32,000 nucleotides of DNA, from the NCBI RefSeq assembly GCF_000283555.1, contig NC_016012.1, positions 1,020,001 to 1,052,000 on the forward strand, written 5' to 3'. The notes beneath the pieces are model-generated. The model made no database searches. It was given only the letters and a program-made list of their open reading frames with translations, and had not been told where the DNA came from. The position numbers were made by a program, and so were the translations under genes. Within the stretch, counting starts at the first letter, position 1, and each line of letters begins with the position of its first letter. The stretch is from Candidatus Arthromitus sp. SFB-rat-Yit (lineage in GTDB: Bacteria; Bacillota; Clostridia; Clostridiales; Clostridiaceae). Of this stretch, positions 26,201-32,000 are shown piece by piece.

Positions 26201-27599
26201 TTGGATATTCCGAATCATTCTTTTCTTTAATAAAAACTTTTAATGAATCATTACTCCCAAATCTAAAATTAGGCTCAGTTATTTCCCATCTAAGTTTAAC
26301 ATTTAAATTTCCATCACTATCAACTATAGGCTTGGCACTAATATTTTTAATTTCAAATGGAAGAGTTCTGAAAGTTTCATTTTTAATTATCAAAGATTCA
26401 TCATATGAATTTAAAATTTCATAATCAATACTATATTCTGTATTCGTTTTCAAATTTTTATAATCAACACTATTTCCCTGAATTTGATCTTTTAAATCTA
26501 TAGACCTAACTTTCTTTCTGGATAATTTATCATCCTTCTCCTCAATATAAATGTTTAACCTATCCCCGGATTTAAAATTTAAATTTTTAATGAAATCAAA
26601 TTGTATAAATAAATCTCTTAAATTTTTTATCTTAATATCCGTATTAAGATTATAACAATCATTAGTCTGACCTATCTCTTTTTCAATAACTCCATCTCCA
26701 AACTTATAAGCAAGCTTTATATCATAAATAGGGGATAATTCTTTTAATTCAATAACAGTTGAGTTAACCTTTTCATCATTTATTCTAATATCTGGATCAA
26801 CTGAATAATTTATATCACCCTTACCTTTGATATAAATATTAATTGAATCATTATTGATAAATTTAAAATTATTTGATGTGACATCCCATTTTAATTCAAG
26901 CTGATTATTATTAATCATTTTTGAACTCATATCCAAAATATCAAAATCTTTAGTCTTTATATGCTTATCAAATACTAAATTAACATTATCCTTTAAATTA
27001 ATGACATATCTGATATCATATGTGGTAGATGGATGTAACGAAATATTATTAAACTTAAAAATATTTCTGAGATTATTTATTTCCTTCTTTGATTTCTTTA
27101 TATGAAAGTCAAATCTATCTTCTTTACCTTCATCTCCAAATTTTTTACCATAAAGCTCAATTCCATTTATAAAAATCAGATTCTTTTTATCATATTTAAA
27201 CATAACATCACAAGTATTAATTCCAATATTATTAACGTCAAAACTATTGTTTAAATATTTAAACTTCGAAACTTGATTAATTGTTTTAAATGATGATCTA
27301 TCAATTAATGAAATTTTTATCTCATACCCAGTACCATCTTCTAACTTGTCATATATAAAAAATCGTTTATCAATTTCATTAATTTTAATTTCATTTCCAG
27401 AAATCAAATCTTTTAAACTAACTTTATTAATTTCATATCCAAATGCATCATCTACTACAATTTCAACAAAATTTCCACTCTCAACTATGTAAATAGGAAC
27501 ATCTATTTTATCCAGTGTATAACTTACTTTAATGCATAAATTCAAACACAATATTACAAAAAAAACAAACCTAATCATCATTTTAAATAAACTCTTCAC
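23262..27599 (-). CDS. Very large secreted protein: about 8 Fn3/Ig-like modules, acidic Gly/Ser/Glu linker, C-terminal DUF4214-like domain
   Basis: Repeated pattern W-x(n)-F-x-x-GDxLxIYIKxKxxxxYP ... Y(D/T)xxxxY ... FxT; C-terminus RAPDELGYDYWINRL...YSIVVDRDPDEEGLRFWIDFYNN...MKMVVGMGLKY. Start chosen at GTG 27599 with GGGGG SD 9 nt upstream; the track extends to 27677, towards the 27683-27717 terminator. Confidence 0.8.
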   Translation of the reverse strand: MKSLFKMMIRFVFFVILCLNLCIKVSYTLDKIDVPIYIVESGNFVEIVVDDAFGYEINKVSLKDLISGNEIKINEIDKRFFIYDKLEDGTGYEIKISLIDRSSFKTINQVSKFKYLNNSFDVNNIGINTCDVMFKYDKKNLIFINGIELYGKKFGDEGKEDRFDFHIKKSKKEINNLRNIFKFNNISLHPSTTYDIRYVINLKDNVNLVFDKHIKTKDFDILDMSSKMINNNQLELKWDVTSNNFKFINNDSINIYIKGKGDINYSVDPDIRINDEKVNSTVIELKELSPIYDIKLAYKFGDGVIEKEIGQTNDCYNLNTDIKIKNLRDLFIQFDFIKNLNFKSGDRLNIYIEEKDDKLSRKKVRSIDLKDQIQGNSVDYKNLKTNTEYSIDYEILNSYDESLIIKNETFRTLPFEIKNISAKPIVDSDGNLNVKLRWEITEPNFRFGSNDSLKVFIKEKNDSEYPNDSQFYANRDLSRLGSCILNLGRDINKEYDFKFVYDIDGKEYVSYGDLKNNALVRTQSEGTSYSNGETNNTGEANNQNNTVKVSIKDKKVNEVIFQLEYSEDFTFEEGDSIRLFKKLRNGSAKNFSSEPDKEYIHASNGENQIDLKNIKEVSIGYLIPEKEYDFKIEFKTKNELKDKDTIIESGSGDGSSGGSGSGSDTGGGSTGGGTESGGEDSGSNGDLSDGNGSNGDDNQENGEGSDDSSSEEEEGDEEETEDSEDVSTGTEGSEDSGNTGTVEGGGSSEETGKTEETEEEPSSSNKKYSVRNTEERKTLEKTFENQKTSSFTIDEFKTTSIRPNSVSFEWKVSGEPTTFDEKDKVEIYIKRKIVNGYPAGSSFSKVGSEVSGVFKGDGTVTYMDMDYTAKLVYTISNVKFEKTVEFKTTHADASIKLESTTEYYAILNIAAPQDYIFANGDYVEIYVKKRSDNKYPKEPNIISFHGESNKLEDLTKFNILPVLPDMDYDVLLTYKTKANDIEDKTMQFRTKKLEFSNCRIDSMKGNTLRIKTDFGNDMVVMDYLDIYVDTFYKLADHKQYNSDSIFSGSRNEIFDFECTIPDNTKDYDLLISYNPHGYFNEVYFVDFELEYRGIKPTVEEGEKYEDEFTKSTFDLKWSYGENTKFLEGDKLNIYLKTVKKAEQGEENEDSSNEKKESDIVIGDEYVKIHTIESDIISVTSFNLDQFLTDDTDYIVMIEPVTEKFTIGAGKTEFYVEKIIKNEPVDETIFEQPVEIERFDGIGNQFAFPIPDLGDISLTEEMDILCDIDGISARINEDGNIGVEGLVPGKEYPSIEVRIVVEEGKEIIFNIQNIILEAENPRQSFLYNVYDRAFLRAPDELGYDYWINRLNNQDIGARDFLINLLFAEKEFSELEYTTDKLIEILYSIVVDRDPDEEGLRFWIDFYNNESLVNANGDVFNAKKHVVDRMINEEEFMKMVVGMGLKY
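25310..25665 (-). repeat. Low-complexity acidic Gly/Ser/Glu/Asp-rich linker
   Basis: SGDGSSGGSGSGSDTGGGSTGGG...SSSEEEEGDEEETEDSEDVSTGTEGSEDSG...EETEEEPSSSNKK. Confidence 0.9.
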
Positions 27600-27682
27600 A
27601 CAAACTAACCCCCTACCGAATTTATTAAAAGCATAGATATTAGTTTTAAAAATTTTTAATAATTTATTCATATTCACAAAAA

Positions 27683-27717
27683 AAGAGAGCCTAAAACCAA
27701 ATGGTCAAAGCTCTCTT
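27683..27717 (-). terminator. Terminator of the SBP-like gene
   Basis: AAGAGAGC ... GCTCTCTT with A7 on + side. Confidence 0.8.
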
Positions 27718-27721
27718 AATT

Positions 27722-29194
27722 TTATGTTATATCATCTATTATGATAGTACCATTTCCATCAATGTTATTACCTAAATTTTTATTTGATAATATCAAATTA
27801 GGCTTATCAAAATTTATAGTTTTTATATCTGATTTAATATCTTCGTTAGAAATTAAAATATCATAATCATCTTTAGTTAAAACATTTTTTATATAATCCT
27901 CATCAAACGCAATAACATTACTTGATAAATTAAACTCCTCATATAGAAAATTTTTCAAATTCCTCGCAAGTTCTATATAGTTGTCATCAGAATAAGTAAC
28001 AATCTTTAAATTCATCTTATCTTCAAAATTATATTTTTCAAACTCTTTTTTCAAATACTCTGTATTAAATTTGTACTTATTTAAACCATCTCCAGTAATG
28101 CCATTTATATGTCTTATATCTTTAACATCAACTATAAAATTTAAAAAGTTCCCTTTATCAATCTTATTATCTTCAATTTTAACTATATTTCCTTCTTCAT
28201 CTTTCTGCTCATCTTCAATTTTTGTTGAAACCTCTGCACTCCCATCATCAACATCCAACTCATCATTTATATACTCATCTAAATCAAAACTCATTTTTGA
28301 CTCTTCATTATGTACATAATAAATTTGATCAGAATCAAAATAATCTGAAACACAATTGTATGCCATATCAAGTACAAAATTTAATTTACCCGATTTATAA
28401 GATTCAAGAGCAAATTCACGAGTTGGAAATACTTCAATCACAACTTCCCTATCTTTAAGCACAGAATATAACTTTCCGTTTACTGCCTTGTAATTATTCA
28501 AATAGTAGTATTCATTTGGTGATAATACTATTTGCAAATTACCATTATAATCCTCCTTAACAGAAGATATTTTATATGCTCCCGAATAAGATATGTACTC
28601 ATAAAAATCTTTGTAATTATATAAATATTTAAAATTCTCTCTCAAAGAAAATTTGTCCTTTGTTAAATTTTTCAAAAACATTTCATCTCTTTGTTTAAGT
28701 TTAATAACAAGAACATCATCTTTTAAAGCTTCAATACCAACTTGTTCAAAAAGTATGTTCCCTTTATAGTATTCCTCCACACCAACAATAAACTTCAATT
28801 CATCATAATAAAATTTATCTTTGTCTTTATCTAAAATATCTTTGAAAAAATTCACAAAATCTTGAGATCTTATTGGATTTCCTGTACTCATGTACGCATC
28901 ATTTCTTATATAAAATCTATACTCAAGTCCATCACTAGAAACCGTATATCTTTCTGCAATCCCAGATGAAATATTTCCATCAGCTGTAAGATTCACAAGA
29001 CCTTCAAACAAATTTCCAAGCATAACATTACTAACGTAATCATCATTAGAAAGATAAACCAAATTTTCAGGAATATTTACAACTCCAATACTCAAACTTG
29101 GTTTATCCAAAATAATATCTTTTTCTTGAAAAATATTAAACACTAAATTAAAAACTAGAAAGGCTATTAATAAAATTATCTTAATTACCCTCAT
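27722..29194 (-). CDS. Extracellular solute-binding protein family 5-like (OppA-like), atypical
   Basis: VVNIPENLVYLSNDDYVSNVMLGNLFEGLVNLTADGNISSGIAERYTVSSDGLEYRFYIRNDAYMSTGNPIRSQDFVNFFKDIL matches the SBP_bac_5 pattern; no lipobox cysteine seen. Confidence 0.75.
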   Translation of the reverse strand: MRVIKIILLIAFLVFNLVFNIFQEKDIILDKPSLSIGVVNIPENLVYLSNDDYVSNVMLGNLFEGLVNLTADGNISSGIAERYTVSSDGLEYRFYIRNDAYMSTGNPIRSQDFVNFFKDILDKDKDKFYYDELKFIVGVEEYYKGNILFEQVGIEALKDDVLVIKLKQRDEMFLKNLTKDKFSLRENFKYLYNYKDFYEYISYSGAYKISSVKEDYNGNLQIVLSPNEYYYLNNYKAVNGKLYSVLKDREVVIEVFPTREFALESYKSGKLNFVLDMAYNCVSDYFDSDQIYYVHNEESKMSFDLDEYINDELDVDDGSAEVSTKIEDEQKDEEGNIVKIEDNKIDKGNFLNFIVDVKDIRHINGITGDGLNKYKFNTEYLKKEFEKYNFEDKMNLKIVTYSDDNYIELARNLKNFLYEEFNLSSNVIAFDEDYIKNVLTKDDYDILISNEDIKSDIKTINFDKPNLILSNKNLGNNIDGNGTIIIDDIT

Positions 29195-29247
29195 AAAACA
29201 CCTACTAAAATTTTAAAATATATAAGGATAATTCCATATTTTGTATT

Positions 29248-31227
29248 TTATATTCCTAGTTTTTTAGTAATCTTATTAAATTCATCTTCAGAAATTGTAT
29301 TTACATTTAATTCCTGTGCCTTCAATAATTTGCTCCCAGAATTTTCACCATATATCACATAATCAGTCTTTTTACTAACAGAATCTGAAATTATAGCACC
29401 AAATCTTTCTAAAAGATCCTTAATCTCTTTTCTCGATAAATTTTGAATCGTTCCCGTAACAACAACTCTCTTCCCGTTAAATAAATTATCTTTTACTTCA
29501 ACATCTTTTTCATATTTAAACTTTATTCCAAGTTCAATTAATCTTTTAATCTCTTCCTTTACTCCCTCATTATTCAAAAATTTAAATATATCATCTAAAA
29601 TAACGTCACCAATTCCATATATTTTATCAAGTTCTTCACGACTCACATTCATTATTTTATCAAGCGTCTTAAACTCTTTTACTATGTCCTTTGAAGTTTT
29701 AAGTCCAACATTTTTAATACCAAGTGCATAAATAAAATTATACAAATTACATTCTTTACTCTTATTAATAGACCTTAAAATATTATTTGCCTTCTTCTCC
29801 TTAACTTTATCAAGGGTCACAAGATCTTCAAATGTTATCTTATAAAGATCAGAGATCCTTTTGACGCATAATTTTTCATAAAATTGTTCAGCAAGTTTTT
29901 CACTGAAACCTTCAATATTCATCGCATCTCTCGAAGCAAAGTGGACAATAGACTTAATAATTTGAGGTCTACAAGAAATTGTGTTTGTACAATAAAGATG
30001 TACTCCTTCACGACTTAAAGGAAACTTACACGAAGGACAAACATCCGGTATATCTATCTCTTTCAAATTTCCGCAAGAAAAACCTTTAATAATCTCCGGA
30101 ATAACATCATTTGATCTCCTAATTAATACATCGCAATTAAGTTTAACATTTTTTCTAACAATATCATCTATGTTGTTTAACGTCGCACGCTTTATTGTTA
30201 TTCCCGAAATATCAACAGGTTCAAGTATTGCTGTTGGTGAAACCCTTCCACTTCGTCCAACATTCCACTCTACGTTAATAAGTTTTGTTTTCACTTCTTC
30301 AGCTTCAAATTTATATGCTATAGAAAATTTTGGATGTTTAACCGTATATCCCAGTATTTCTCGTAAATTCAGCTCATTTATAGAAACCACGACACCATCA
30401 ATATCATAATTTAAATTTTCCCTTAATGACTCGATCCTTTTTATTTCTTCCTTGACCTCATCAATTGTATTACACAATTTAAATTCAGGACACTTGAACT
30501 TATTGTGACTTAAAAAATTTAATATTTCAAAATATGTAGAAAATTTTCCATCATTATAATATGCAACATCATAAATAAATGTATTTAGTTTCCTCTTCTT
30601 CGTTTCACTCACATCTAAATTTCTCAAAGCTCCTGCTGCACCATTTCTTAGATTTTTAAGAGGTGTATCTGAGGTCTTATTATATTTTTCAAACTCATCT
30701 TTGGTCATTATGACCTCTCCACGTATTTCAAAATTTCCCATGTCATCTATTGATAATGGTATACTTTTTATAGTTTTTGCTTGCTCTGTTACATTCTCCC
30801 CAATCTCACCTGTTCCTCTTGTAGCTGCCTTTATAAATTCCCCGTTTTCATAAACAAGATTTATACTTACTCCATCAAATTTTTGTACAACTATATATGA
30901 ATGGGGATTTAAATTATTTTCATTTGACAGATTTATATTTTTCTTGTGCCACATATCTAAACTTTCAAATGATGTAACCTTATCAAGACTCCACATTCTC
31001 GCTTTATGTACTGACTTTTCAAATTTATCTAAAATTATATCTCCAACTCTTTGAGTGGGCGAATTTTTCAAGACATAGTTACTCTCTTTTTCAAGCTTCT
31101 TAAGTTCATCATAAAGCTTATCATATTCCTTATCCTCAATTTTAGGATTATCAAGAACATAGTACTCATAAGAACATTCATTCAAATATAGGACAAGTTC
31201 GTGTATCCTTTTTATTTTATATTCCAA
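29248..31227 (-). CDS. ligA: NAD-dependent DNA ligase
   Basis: 659 aa; VVQKFDGVSINLVYENG (KxDG-type active site), Zn-finger CPSCKFPLSREGVHLYCTNTISC, HhH repeats, BRCT VVVTGTIQNLSRKEIKDLLERFGAIISDSVSKKTDYVI. Confidence 0.98.
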   Translation of the reverse strand: MEYKIKRIHELVLYLNECSYEYYVLDNPKIEDKEYDKLYDELKKLEKESNYVLKNSPTQRVGDIILDKFEKSVHKARMWSLDKVTSFESLDMWHKKNINLSNENNLNPHSYIVVQKFDGVSINLVYENGEFIKAATRGTGEIGENVTEQAKTIKSIPLSIDDMGNFEIRGEVIMTKDEFEKYNKTSDTPLKNLRNGAAGALRNLDVSETKKRKLNTFIYDVAYYNDGKFSTYFEILNFLSHNKFKCPEFKLCNTIDEVKEEIKRIESLRENLNYDIDGVVVSINELNLREILGYTVKHPKFSIAYKFEAEEVKTKLINVEWNVGRSGRVSPTAILEPVDISGITIKRATLNNIDDIVRKNVKLNCDVLIRRSNDVIPEIIKGFSCGNLKEIDIPDVCPSCKFPLSREGVHLYCTNTISCRPQIIKSIVHFASRDAMNIEGFSEKLAEQFYEKLCVKRISDLYKITFEDLVTLDKVKEKKANNILRSINKSKECNLYNFIYALGIKNVGLKTSKDIVKEFKTLDKIMNVSREELDKIYGIGDVILDDIFKFLNNEGVKEEIKRLIELGIKFKYEKDVEVKDNLFNGKRVVVTGTIQNLSRKEIKDLLERFGAIISDSVSKKTDYVIYGENSGSKLLKAQELNVNTISEDEFNKITKKLGI

Positions 31228-31245
31228 AAATCCCCTCTCCTAATC

Positions 31246-32000
31246 TTAAATAAATTCAATCGGTGCATTATTCAATCCAAGTTTCTTAATTCCATTATTA
31301 TCAAAAGCAACCACAATTTTTGGACTTTCGGTATCCTCCTCAACTCTAACGATCACACCCAAACCAAAATTTTTGTGTTTGATCTTCATTCCCGCTCTAA
31401 CATCATCTTTTGAAACATTATTATATTTTTTGGGAGAATCACTAACAAGTGGATTATAATTAAATTTCCCAAAACTTTTTGATGGCATAGACTCACAAAT
31501 ATTAATTTCTTCACCCCTAAAATCAATATTTAATAATAAATTACTTGGAACTTCTCCCAAAAATTTAGATTTAGTTCTAAACCCTGTTTCACCATAAACC
31601 ATTCTCATGTTTGCATATGTAAAATAAAGTATATCTTTCGCTCTTGTTATTCCAACATAGCAAAGCCTTCTTGATTCTTCCATTTCATCAATATCATCAA
31701 AGCACTTATTACTTGGAAAAATTCCATTTTCCATACCAACCATAAACACAACAGGAAATTCCAATCCTTTCGAAGAATGAATTGTCATAAGTGTAATTGA
31801 AGAAGATTTTTCATCATATTTATCAATTTCACTAACAAGCATAATATTTTCAAGAAAATCTTCAATATTTCCATCAATATTCAATTGTTCAAAATTAACA
31901 GCCGCATTTATAAACTCCTGAATATTTTCAAAACGTGTATCTATATCAGAATCCTTAGATTTTTTTAAAGCATCAATATATCCAATTTTATCAATCATTA
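31246..32000 (-). CDS. pcrA: ATP-dependent DNA helicase PcrA/UvrD, C-terminal part (runs off right edge)
   Basis: LMTIHSSKGLEFPVVFMVGMENGIFPS, EESRRLCYVGITRAKDILYFTYA; C-terminal KHKNFGLGVIVRVE; upstream of ligA as in many Firmicutes. Confidence 0.93.
   Translation of the reverse strand, partial: MIDKIGYIDALKKSKDSDIDTRFENIQEFINAAVNFEQLNIDGNIEDFLENIMLVSEIDKYDEKSSSITLMTIHSSKGLEFPVVFMVGMENGIFPSNKCFDDIDEMEESRRLCYVGITRAKDILYFTYANMRMVYGETGFRTKSKFLGEVPSNLLLNIDFRGEEINICESMPSKSFGKFNYNPLVSDSPKKYNNVSKDDVRAGMKIKHKNFGLGVIVRVEEDTESPKIVVAFDNNGIKKLGLNNAPIEFI

Noticed and set aside
1-32000. CRISPR array, transposon/IS, prophage, toxin-antitoxin or bacteriocin operon
   Set aside because: No regularly spaced direct repeats, no transposase, integrase or phage structural translations, no adjacent modification or ABC-exporter genes, and no leader-peptide processing motifs recognised.

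Overview
AT-rich Firmicutes/Clostridia-type window. I tentatively place it in the segmented filamentous bacteria (Candidatus Arthromitus/Savagella) group, but this is inference only. Housekeeping genes recognisable from the translations: a PLP aminotransferase (patA-like), an ATP:corrinoid adenosyltransferase (cobO), dapH, a two-OB-fold SSB-like protein, a NodB-type polysaccharide deacetylase, a DUF4364-like regulator, valS, a TPR protein, a transglutaminase-like membrane protein, recX, an M16 peptidase, reverse rubrerythrin, ligA, and a partial pcrA. Mixed among them is an unusual complement of secreted, surface-type proteins. (i) Three adjacent minus-strand genes (1-3905) have homologous signal peptides (...YSGxLxxLSxxxxxSxxxxxGxxxxA) and Gly/Ser/Thr-rich bodies. 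The third is split by a G8 homopolymer inside its signal peptide, and deleting one G restores a perfect fusion, so it is a strong candidate phase-variable ON/OFF locus. (ii) A plus-strand cluster (19808-23174) holds an Asn/Ser/Thr-rich protein with a C-terminal TM segment, followed by four small, basic, Ser/Thr-rich exported proteins. These four share an export signal ending AxA and a short C-terminal motif (VxVSVSTAR[K/R]). Two of them are a nearly perfect 730-bp tandem duplication that includes the terminator and leader. (iii) There are three DUF4214-like proteins: one fused to a class A beta-lactamase-like serine hydrolase, one plain, and one on a ~1450-aa protein with about eight Fn3/Ig-like modules and a long acidic Gly/Ser/Glu linker. 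I saw no tRNA, rRNA, CRISPR array or transposase.
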